A stretch of 64,000 nt of DNA from a virus (taxonomy: Duplodnaviria; Caudoviricetes): IMG/VR virus record IMGVR_UViG_3300025674_000014; one strand, written 5' to 3'. Below, piece after piece: positions 38,837 through 46,965 of the stretch. The notes under the pieces are model-generated. The model made no database searches and was not told the DNA's origin. It saw nothing but the letters and a program-made list of their open reading frames with translations. Each line of letters starts with the position of its first letter. Positions within the stretch are counted from its first letter, which is position 1. The translations under genes were made by a program, and so were the position numbers.

Positions 38837-39241
38837 ATGGCAAGTAATAAATTACTTTTAGAAGATCAAATACAAATGTACAATAAGTGGGTTCGTGGTA
38901 TTGCTACCAGAGAGCAAAAGCCTTCTCACGTTACGGTAGGTGATTTATTACAAGCTAGTGGTACTAACGATAGAAATAAAGCTCCCTTAGAGCTACCTTA
39001 CCCTATGACGCATATCATTGAAGATATGGGTGCTTTATTCTTAGCAGCAGATAATATTGAAGCTAAAGCAAGACAAACTAAAGAAAACCCGTTAGTTACA
39101 GAGAGTGAAGACGCTACTGAACATTTAAATAACTTTATTAAACGTTGTGGTAAGATTAAGCATATTTTAAACAATATGACTAAAGATTTAGATGTAATTG
39201 TTCAGCGTAAACCATTCGAGAGTGGTAATGCAGAGTCCTAA
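38837..39241 (+). CDS. Hypothetical late protein
   Basis: Starts MASNKLLLEDQ, with TATAAATA 5 nt upstream. Confidence 0.65.
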   Translation: MASNKLLLEDQIQMYNKWVRGIATREQKPSHVTVGDLLQASGTNDRNKAPLELPYPMTHIIEDMGALFLAADNIEAKARQTKENPLVTESEDATEHLNNFIKRCGKIKHILNNMTKDLDVIVQRKPFESGNAES

Positions 39242-39256
39242 TATTAAATTATATTA

Positions 39257-39682
39257 GTGGAATTAGTTAAATCTTTATTAATTTTATTTTCAGTTAGTGC
39301 TTCTGTGGCTGGGTGTTTCTATTTGCTTAGTTTACCATTTTTCCCGGTATTTGGTCTTGCTACTATCTTTCAAATATTTGTTTATAATTTGTTTTCTAAC
39401 TGGAGAAAACAAAGAGCTGAAATTGAGTTTGAAACAATCCAAAATGAGCGTATAAAAGAATTTTCTAAACAAGGAATAGAATGTATTTGTCCAGATGAAA
39501 ATTGTGCTGCTAAAACATATGTGCCAATACGGTTAGATTTAGAAAATAAGTACGAATGCCCTAAATGTAAAAAAAGTATAAAGGTATATATTGGGTCAAA
39601 AACATTTTTAGAAACCACACCTGTTAGTGATGACCCGTTTAAGAATTTTAATTTCGTAGAAGGAAAAGATTATGACAATTAA
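39257..39682 (+). CDS. Membrane protein with two N-terminal hydrophobic helices and a zinc ribbon
   Basis: Hydrophobic residues ~3-45; CICPDENC...CPKC. Confidence 0.6.
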   Translation: MELVKSLLILFSVSASVAGCFYLLSLPFFPVFGLATIFQIFVYNLFSNWRKQRAEIEFETIQNERIKEFSKQGIECICPDENCAAKTYVPIRLDLENKYECPKCKKSIKVYIGSKTFLETTPVSDDPFKNFNFVEGKDYDN

Positions 39683-40040
39683 TTTTAATGAATTAGAAAA
39701 TAAAGCTATACCACCTGTAGGTGACCTCCCGTCTACGGAAAGATATCATGGTACTGCTTACTATGATTCTTATAACAAAGGTATATTGGCTGCAAAAGCT
39801 ACGTTAGATGAAAAAAATAAAGAAAAGATTTTAGATAACCTAATTAGAGTTGTTATGGACGATATACTCGAACAAAACTCTAAGAATATTTCTGCTAACA
39901 GTAACATTCTCAAACTTAATATGCAGGTAATTGAAAATGCATTAAAAAATACCAAGCTAAGTAATTTTAACTTTGACCCTAAACGGGTAGCCTCTATAAT
40001 TGAAGGGTATGGAAAATTCATTGAACAAAAAAACAATTGA
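39672..40040 (+). CDS. Hypothetical protein
   Basis: 122 aa ORF. Confidence 0.55.
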   Translation: MTINFNELENKAIPPVGDLPSTERYHGTAYYDSYNKGILAAKATLDEKNKEKILDNLIRVVMDDILEQNSKNISANSNILKLNMQVIENALKNTKLSNFNFDPKRVASIIEGYGKFIEQKNN

Positions 40041-40290
40041 AGACATGTCACCTGAAGAAATTTCAAGGTGGATTTGTCTTTTTGAAGCAGTTAATTATGT
40101 AGCAACTAAAGCAGAAAAGATTGGGATGGACATTGACAAAAATGACTCATGGATCAAACCATTAGCATTTAAAAATTACATATCAGAGATGTATCAAAGT
40201 ACCCTTATTAATTATAAGATGGGTGATGTTGAGGTAGAACCAAGATCAGTTAAGGAATATATTTATAGAGAAAATGCATTACATACTTAA
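40000..40290 (+). CDS. Hypothetical protein
   Basis: 96 aa ORF; the start is uncertain. Confidence 0.5.
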   Translation: MKGMENSLNKKTIEDMSPEEISRWICLFEAVNYVATKAEKIGMDIDKNDSWIKPLAFKNYISEMYQSTLINYKMGDVEVEPRSVKEYIYRENALHT

Positions 40291-40594
40291 TACAAGTTTT
40301 CAAGCCCCGGGTGGAGTTAGTTTAAGACCTCGAATAGGCGGTCCAACTAGATTTGGTATGCAAACTGAATCTGCTCCATTAACTAACTCTAAATTCGAAC
40401 CCGGTGAGATATATACTATAGTTTATATCAAAAAAGTTGAGGACGGTGTTGAGTATACGTTTAAGTCCGGTAAGGGTAAAGTAGTTACTGAAGTTTTTGC
40501 AAGTTGTAATGATGCTGATAAACTTATAGCTAATATGAGAGGGGAAACTTTACCGGACTACGATTCGTTTTATAATAATAGTTCACGAGGTTAA
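40274..40594 (+). CDS. Hypothetical protein
   Basis: 106 aa ORF. Confidence 0.55.
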   Translation: MHYILNTSFQAPGGVSLRPRIGGPTRFGMQTESAPLTNSKFEPGEIYTIVYIKKVEDGVEYTFKSGKGKVVTEVFASCNDADKLIANMRGETLPDYDSFYNNSSRG

Positions 40595-41439
40595 GGTCCA
40601 AACGGCCCATCTTCTGGAGCTTCAGTGTTACCGTAACCTCCATATACATTATCATAGTCAAACCCTGAATAATCAAATATTGCTTTAGATAACTCTTCAA
40701 GATCCCCATCATAACTCTTAGGTGAAGATCTATCTTGCATTCCCCCATCAAGTACACCTGAGAACTTATCATCATAAACCTGATCACTTCCACCTTCAGC
40801 ACTAAGACCAGGTTCAAAGCTATAATCGTAACGTTTAGCTTTTACCATCCAAACATAATGACCTGCTAATGGGTTTATTCTTGCAACATCTTCGTCTAAT
40901 CGTTCTGTGATTTCAAATTTTTTACCTGTACGAGGATAAGGTCTATCATCTCCAAATTCTGTTAACTCAATTATATCACCAGCTTTGGGTTCTTGTAAAT
41001 ATCCAAATGTTTGATAGAATGCACTAATGTGTATATAACCTGTAAACTCGTCGTCGGAATCAAAACCATACTTTTGAAGTATTACTGCATTTTCTTGTAA
41101 CTCAAGTAGTACAATTATTTGTTTTGGATCTTTAAACACCTTAGTAGGCTCTTCACCGTAAATGTTACCGGGTCCAGCTTCAGGTATACCATCTGCAGAT
41201 AAAGTATTGTAGGGGTTTTGCCAATATGTAACTCTTTGACCATATAAACATATCTGTTCAAACCACCAATTACTAATAACAAGCCTTTCACATAAGGTAT
41301 TATCTTTATCAGTAAATCTAAAACAGGGGTTGCATGTTTTCGGTTTAGGGTAAATTGAACCACTGCTATTTGGGGTAGGAACACCAGGTAAAAACCCTGG
41401 CATAATTTGATTAGTACCTGTATACCATGCAATAGACAT
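40591..41439 (-). CDS. gp14: Neck protein gp14-like (head-tail adaptor)
   Basis: EQICLYGQRVTY, IYGEEPTKVF, KYGFDSDDEFT and EPKAGDIIEL motifs. Confidence 0.75.
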   Translation of the reverse strand: MSIAWYTGTNQIMPGFLPGVPTPNSSGSIYPKPKTCNPCFRFTDKDNTLCERLVISNWWFEQICLYGQRVTYWQNPYNTLSADGIPEAGPGNIYGEEPTKVFKDPKQIIVLLELQENAVILQKYGFDSDDEFTGYIHISAFYQTFGYLQEPKAGDIIELTEFGDDRPYPRTGKKFEITERLDEDVARINPLAGHYVWMVKAKRYDYSFEPGLSAEGGSDQVYDDKFSGVLDGGMQDRSSPKSYDGDLEELSKAIFDYSGFDYDNVYGGYGNTEAPEDGPFGP

Positions 41440-42473
41440 TATCTTAGATAACTCCTTTTATTCTTGTTAGTTCTCATTAGGTAATACCTACCGTTAGGTT
41501 TTACCCCTAAAGCTACACCAGACTTTTTTAAACCTTTTGGACGCCTTATATCCCTAACACCGAAATGTTTTGATAATTTGTATGCATCTTGAGGACTAAT
41601 ATAAACAAATTTTGGTCCTCCGGGTTTTTGCATTACTTTAAAACTATTTGGTAAGTCTAAATTCGTTTTTAGGTATTCTGGTACAGTAGTAGCATGCTTT
41701 CTCATACCAGGGTCTCTTACAACAGCATGTTGTTGTCTATGATTTACTTTATTAGAATTAAAAAATGACTCTGAGTACATTTCATCATAATTATGATTAA
41801 TTAAGTTGTATAACTTATCAATATACTCTGTATTGCGTAAAAATTTAAAAGTTAAATTACCGACTGAAAATTCCCCCATACCTTTGAGACCTTCTTGTCT
41901 CATTTTCTTTATTTTCTGAAATAATTTTCTACCATAATTGTATAATGTTTCAGATTTACCTGAGTCATCTTTATACTTGTTAGTTAACTCTTCTAACTTG
42001 TCAATTTGAACCTTTATATCTTCAAATTTCTTTTTAACGTCTTCGTCTTTTATACTTGGTGGGTTATATTCTGGTTTTTTGACCCATTTACCCTCTTGTA
42101 AAGAATACAAGCCAGACGATACATGAGGTTCTTTTGTGTCTTGAAAATACATTTCGACTTCATGACCCTTTAACTTAATATCATGTTTGGTATTCCATAT
42201 AAAACGGATACCATCTAAAGCTGCTTTAACTAAATCTGTATCTTCGTCAATTTTGTTAAAGTCTAATAAGATGTGAACGTCTAAATCACTTTTTGGGGTG
42301 TAGTTGTAGTTAGCTAAGCTACCAGTTAATTGTATATCGTCAATTTTAGGAAGTTTTATAGGTACATTAGCTAAGAAATCCTTAGTAATATCAATAAGCT
42401 TTTTACGTAAAGCAGGAATCATTTTATCCTTTACGTAAAATTTAGGGTTTAAAGTTTCGTTGTAAAACTTCAC
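41439..42473 (-). CDS. DNA polymerase beta-superfamily nucleotidyltransferase
   Basis: LTGSLANYNYTPKSDLDVH (GS..DxD) and HEVEMY. GTG start with TAAATA 5 nt upstream. Confidence 0.75.
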   Translation of the reverse strand: MKFYNETLNPKFYVKDKMIPALRKKLIDITKDFLANVPIKLPKIDDIQLTGSLANYNYTPKSDLDVHILLDFNKIDEDTDLVKAALDGIRFIWNTKHDIKLKGHEVEMYFQDTKEPHVSSGLYSLQEGKWVKKPEYNPPSIKDEDVKKKFEDIKVQIDKLEELTNKYKDDSGKSETLYNYGRKLFQKIKKMRQEGLKGMGEFSVGNLTFKFLRNTEYIDKLYNLINHNYDEMYSESFFNSNKVNHRQQHAVVRDPGMRKHATTVPEYLKTNLDLPNSFKVMQKPGGPKFVYISPQDAYKLSKHFGVRDIRRPKGLKKSGVALGVKPNGRYYLMRTNKNKRSYLR

Positions 42474-42487
42474 ATTAATATTTAAGC

Positions 42488-42524
42488 AAAAAAAATGCCT
42501 ACCAAGCGCTTGGCAGGCATTTTT
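42488..42524 (-). terminator. Rho-independent terminator
   Basis: On the minus strand: ATGCCT-G-CCAA-GCGC-TTGG-T-AGGCAT followed by T7. The G.U pair forms only on the minus strand. Confidence 0.85.
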
Positions 42525-42545
42525 GAACTACTCTATTTTGTTCGT

Positions 42546-43205
42546 TTAACCATTACGTTGGAAAAACTCCTGATTACCGCCCTTAATCTTGCTCTTAACA
42601 ACATTAGCGGAACCCTTAGGTGAAGTTGGGTGTCCCTTTCTCATACCTGTGATAGGGGTACCTTCATCACCGTCATTACCAACCTTGTCAGTAACTTTAC
42701 CGTCGCCGCCTTTGCTACCTACATTAGAGGTATGTGCGGACTTAACGACATTGTTCTTACCAGAAGGTTTTTCGGGGTTACCTTTCTTCTGGTTAACAAG
42801 TGGATGACCTAAATCTTCTGCTTCAATTTCTTCACCGAAATAGTTAAAGGTCTCTTCGTCCTCATCTTCCATTTCGTCCTCGTCAGCTTCTTCATCTTCG
42901 TCAGCGTCGTCTTCTTCCATTTCTTCGAAGCCACCAGCTGCCTGTTCGTCCTCATCACCAAGATCTCCTTCGGGTTCCATGTCGGCTTCGTCATCGCCGC
43001 CTTCTCCACCGTCAAGAACATCCATAAGAACGTCATGAAGTTTCTGTGCTAAATCTTTATCAATGGTAATCGTGACTTCATCTCCTCCCATTTCAACGTC
43101 ATCGCCGCCCTCGTCATCACCGATGCCAAGCTCAACTGCGTCAAACTGTTCGTCATCCATCACTTCCTCGTATAAACGATCAAAAATAGACTTATTCTTT
43201 GCCAT
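42546..43205 (-). CDS. Predicted nested in-frame isoform (219 aa) starting at Met123 of the preceding ORF
   Basis: An exact TATAAATA (43211-18) lies 5 nt before an in-frame ATG. The new N-terminus MAKNKSIFDRLYEE resembles those of other late proteins. Confidence 0.55.
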   Translation of the reverse strand: MAKNKSIFDRLYEEVMDDEQFDAVELGIGDDEGGDDVEMGGDEVTITIDKDLAQKLHDVLMDVLDGGEGGDDEADMEPEGDLGDEDEQAAGGFEEMEEDDADEDEEADEDEMEDEDEETFNYFGEEIEAEDLGHPLVNQKKGNPEKPSGKNNVVKSAHTSNVGSKGGDGKVTDKVGNDGDEGTPITGMRKGHPTSPKGSANVVKSKIKGGNQEFFQRNG

Positions 43206-43571
43206 ACTATTATTTATATTCTCTTTTGCAATTTTCTTGTTTTCAGCTTTGAAATATGTATCTGCTCCTTCATCGGAGCTTTGTTTAATATCAAAAGCAT
43301 TGTCATCTCCAATAGCTGGGTTGTCTGGGTCTAATTCAGTACTTTTAAAATTATCAGCCCCCTTAGGTCCAGAATTGTCATGTACAAAGCCTTGAGTACT
43401 AGCATCATTACCAACTGGAATGTTTTTAATACCTTTAGAAGCTGCAGCATAAGTTTTATCTATTGCTTTGCCTGGCTTTAATTGTTGTTTAGCAGCTGCT
43501 TTACCAGGTGGGTTACCTGCTACTGCAGCATACGCTTCTTCAATTTGAATAAGATCTCTTTTTCTATTCAT
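42546..43571 (-). CDS. Highly acidic late protein, possibly prohead core/internal
   Basis: Starts MNRKRDLIQIEEAY and has long D/E tracts. Located near gp14 and gp17. Confidence 0.7.
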   Translation of the reverse strand: MNRKRDLIQIEEAYAAVAGNPPGKAAAKQQLKPGKAIDKTYAAASKGIKNIPVGNDASTQGFVHDNSGPKGADNFKSTELDPDNPAIGDDNAFDIKQSSDEGADTYFKAENKKIAKENINNSMAKNKSIFDRLYEEVMDDEQFDAVELGIGDDEGGDDVEMGGDEVTITIDKDLAQKLHDVLMDVLDGGEGGDDEADMEPEGDLGDEDEQAAGGFEEMEEDDADEDEEADEDEMEDEDEETFNYFGEEIEAEDLGHPLVNQKKGNPEKPSGKNNVVKSAHTSNVGSKGGDGKVTDKVGNDGDEGTPITGMRKGHPTSPKGSANVVKSKIKGGNQEFFQRNG

Positions 43572-44535
43572 GATTTTTAATATTTAAGTATTTTTCTGCT
43601 AATAAAGACATATCTCTATCACCATGTGAGTTAAATGACTCTTTTTTAACTTCATTACCGGTAATTTTCTTATAAGCCATAGCTTGACCTAATTCATCTT
43701 CATCTTTTTTACCAGCTTTCATTTTTTTATGAAAATTCTTAACCCAGACTTTCATCGCTTTTTCTCTATCACCAAAATTAAGTGTTTCGTCTTCAATATC
43801 GTAATCATCACCATACTTAGCCTTGGCCTCTATATGTTTTCTAATTACTTTAATAGCATCTTCTAAAGACATTTCTTCATCTTCGTTATCGTAGTATGAT
43901 TTATCTTCTGGAAAAGCATTATCATCTTCTTCATCATCATCATACCTTTTTTCATCTGCATCTGGATCTTCTGCGTCGGGATCAATACCCCTACTTCTTA
44001 AATCTTCTTCTCTATCATAATAAGGGTCCATATTAAATTCATCTTCTTCATCAGGATCATCAATGTTAGGACTACCACCAGAAGCAGGGTCATCAGGTGT
44101 ATCTTGAGAAAATCTCATAGATGTTTCGCCTGGTTGTTCATCACCCATGGCTTCATCACCCCAACTTTCAGGTTGTTGGTTAGGGCCTAAATCTTCGGCT
44201 TCTTCATCATGTTCTATGGAATTAATATCGACTTCCATTGTACCATGGTCGGTATCGATCTGTACATTATCATCATCAATATAGGCAATAGTACCATACA
44301 TATATAAATCTTGAGTACCGTATCTACCAGAGCGTAAATCATTTAAACTTCTACCAGCGTTAACTTTTACCTTATCACCTACTTGAAATTTTACTTCTTC
44401 GTCTTCGTAATTCTGAACTGGATTTTGATCTTCAGCTTCATCAGCCATTTCTTGACCAAATGCACTTGATTGTTCATCTTCACTAAAGCTTTCGTATAAT
44501 TTTGACAAATTTTCTAAGTCTCTTTTACGATTCAT
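43564..44535 (-). CDS. Highly acidic late protein with a KOW/SH3-like domain
   Basis: Starts MNRKRDLENLSKLYES; contains KFQVGDKVKV...GTIAYIDDDNVQIDTDHG. TAAATA 5 nt upstream. Confidence 0.7.
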   Translation of the reverse strand: MNRKRDLENLSKLYESFSEDEQSSAFGQEMADEAEDQNPVQNYEDEEVKFQVGDKVKVNAGRSLNDLRSGRYGTQDLYMYGTIAYIDDDNVQIDTDHGTMEVDINSIEHDEEAEDLGPNQQPESWGDEAMGDEQPGETSMRFSQDTPDDPASGGSPNIDDPDEEDEFNMDPYYDREEDLRSRGIDPDAEDPDADEKRYDDDEEDDNAFPEDKSYYDNEDEEMSLEDAIKVIRKHIEAKAKYGDDYDIEDETLNFGDREKAMKVWVKNFHKKMKAGKKDEDELGQAMAYKKITGNEVKKESFNSHGDRDMSLLAEKYLNIKNHE

Positions 44536-44572
44536 GTCTATATTTATTCATTTTTTAGTTAAATAACAGTAT

Positions 44573-46318
44573 ATGAAACCTACCCGTGATTTTTATTTGG
44601 GTAATCCTAACTTGCCTACAGAGAATACTCAGTTTGAGTGGACACCGGCAATGATTAAAGATTTGAAGAAGGCAAAACAAAACCTTCTTTACTTCGCAGA
44701 AAATTTCTTCTTTATCGTTAACCTAGATCGTGGTCGTGAAAAGATTGGTCTACACTCTTGCCAGAAAAGAGCGTTAAGGGGTATGAGAGATAATCGTTTC
44801 TTTATATTACTTGCCTCAAGACAGATAGGAAAAACGACCATGATGACAATTTACACATTATGGCATGCTTGTTTTAATAATGATCAACGTATTCTTATAG
44901 TTGCTAACAAAGAAGGTACTGCAAAAGAAATATTTTCACGTATTCGAATGGCATATGAAGAGTTACCTAACTGGTTAAAGCCCGGTGTAACTGAATATGG
45001 TAAAGAATCGTTGAAATTAACTAACGGTACATCAATAGGTATTAGTACTACAACGGGAACAGCTGCTCGTGGTCAATCTATTAACGTGCTAGTACTGGAC
45101 GAGTTAGCATTTATTGAACCTCACTTGGTAGATCAGTTTTGGAAATCTGTTTTCCCTGTAATTTCATCATCGAAAAAGTCTAAAATCTTTATAGCATCTA
45201 CCGCAAACGGTACAGATAACCTGTTTTACAAGATATGGAACGGTGCTATTGAACATAAAAACGGTTGGGGTTACGATAAAATCTTATGGCATGAGGTTCC
45301 TGGTAGAGATGAACAGTGGAAGTACGAAACCATGCGTACTATTGGTAGTGAAGAAGCATTTAACCAAGAGTTCGGGTGTGAATTCATATCTTCTGGTGAA
45401 TTAGCTATAAATGAAGAATTATTTGAGGCTTTAAAGGTAAATTGTCAAAAACCAAAGATTGTAATGGAAGAAAACAATTACAAAATTTGGAGACAACCGG
45501 ATGACAACGGGGTTTATGTAGCAGGTGTTGATATTGCTGAAGGTGTACACCAAAATGCTAGTGTAATTCAAATATTAGACTTAAAAGACCTTAATAATAT
45601 AGAGCAAGTAGCCACATATTGGAGTAATACCATAAATCCCTTTAACTTTACCAGTAAATTACATGAAATTCTGTTACAATGGGGTAGTCCCCCAGCATTA
45701 ATTGAAAGAAATAGCTGTGGAGCCCAGGTAGTTGATCATTTATATCATACTTTACGTTATGGTAACATAGTTTCATTTGAAGCAGGACAAGGAAAAGCTA
45801 AAAATAACAGGTTAGGCGTTATATCTCACACAAATACCAAGTATAGATGTGTGATGAACATGAGATATTTCGTAAATGAACTACAAGCAGTTAATATTCG
45901 TGAGTTAGAAACATTAGTAGAGATTAAAAACTTCATAAAATATCCTAATGGTAAGTGGGCTGCTAAGCCTGGTATAGATATGATGGATGACCGTGTTATG
46001 TCCCTTGGTTGGGCTCTATTAATATTAGATAACGACCTTATTAGACGATATTTTGATGTGTTGCGGTTTGATACTAACGGTAGACCAGCTGAAATCAGAC
46101 GTTATGACTATGATTACGGTACAAATCTTAACAAAAAGTTGTTTAGCTGGGGTGAAGAAGACGAAACTGACCAGGTTGATACAATAGTCTTTACAGAAAA
46201 GACCGGGTCAGATCATAATTCTGAGTTAGATTGGATGAAACAGAATGGTTGGACACCGGTAGGTGACTTTCAAACTCATAGATCGTTTACTCCTGCTGCT
46301 AACTCATGGTTAGTTTAA
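44573..46318 (+). CDS. gp17: Terminase large subunit gp17
   Basis: ASRQIGKTT, VLDELAF, ASTANG, FNQEFGCEF and GVDIAEG motifs. Confidence 0.95.
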   Translation: MKPTRDFYLGNPNLPTENTQFEWTPAMIKDLKKAKQNLLYFAENFFFIVNLDRGREKIGLHSCQKRALRGMRDNRFFILLASRQIGKTTMMTIYTLWHACFNNDQRILIVANKEGTAKEIFSRIRMAYEELPNWLKPGVTEYGKESLKLTNGTSIGISTTTGTAARGQSINVLVLDELAFIEPHLVDQFWKSVFPVISSSKKSKIFIASTANGTDNLFYKIWNGAIEHKNGWGYDKILWHEVPGRDEQWKYETMRTIGSEEAFNQEFGCEFISSGELAINEELFEALKVNCQKPKIVMEENNYKIWRQPDDNGVYVAGVDIAEGVHQNASVIQILDLKDLNNIEQVATYWSNTINPFNFTSKLHEILLQWGSPPALIERNSCGAQVVDHLYHTLRYGNIVSFEAGQGKAKNNRLGVISHTNTKYRCVMNMRYFVNELQAVNIRELETLVEIKNFIKYPNGKWAAKPGIDMMDDRVMSLGWALLILDNDLIRRYFDVLRFDTNGRPAEIRRYDYDYGTNLNKKLFSWGEEDETDQVDTIVFTEKTGSDHNSELDWMKQNGWTPVGDFQTHRSFTPAANSWLV

Positions 46319-46327
46319 ATATATTCA

Positions 46328-46906
46328 ATGACTACATACTCACAATCACCGTTTAACAAGGAAAGAAAGGATAAATTTGTCCTTGTTATACCTACTCCTA
46401 AGGTATTACGGGATGATATATCAAAAACGGTGAGAGATAACAAGTTTGTTAACCCAGACTCGGTACAATTTTCAATTTACGGTAGTGTTATACCAGAAGT
46501 TAGTGTACCTGAAGTGGAAACACGCTATAGTGGTCAGAATTTACACATTACTAGTCATAATCGCCCAACTTACCCGCCAATTGACGTAAATTTTACAATT
46601 GATAACAGATTTAGCAACTATTGGTTCATTTATTCGTGGTTGAATAAATTGCAAGATGATTATGCAGGTTATTTTGACGCGAGTAAAGATTATAAACCAG
46701 GAATGGTTGTTGAAGATTTGTATATGGCCAATTTTACCATTTATGGTTTAGATGAATACAACAAAAAAGTAGTTCAGTTTGATTTTTCAAAGGGATTTCC
46801 TACCAGGATCGGAGGAATCAGTTATTCATACAGAGACCCCGACGAAATTGAGTCGTCATTTACCTTGGCTTACAGTCAGTTTACGGTTAAGCTTCTTCAA
46901 GTTTGA
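46328..46906 (+). CDS. gp3: Tail completion/terminator protein gp3-like (tube-protein fold)
   Basis: VQFSIYGSVIPEVS, VNFTIDNRFSNYWFIYSW and FPTRIGGISY motifs. Confidence 0.65.
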   Translation: MTTYSQSPFNKERKDKFVLVIPTPKVLRDDISKTVRDNKFVNPDSVQFSIYGSVIPEVSVPEVETRYSGQNLHITSHNRPTYPPIDVNFTIDNRFSNYWFIYSWLNKLQDDYAGYFDASKDYKPGMVVEDLYMANFTIYGLDEYNKKVVQFDFSKGFPTRIGGISYSYRDPDEIESSFTLAYSQFTVKLLQV

Positions 46907-46965
46907 CATATTTATTAAAAAGGTGCATTTTAGACTTTTATATCTAAAAATGCATAAATATCGAT

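Noticed and set aside
46909-46914. Antisense TAAATA pointing into gp3
   Set aside because: No correctly spaced start codon follows, and the hexamer is common by chance in AT-rich DNA.
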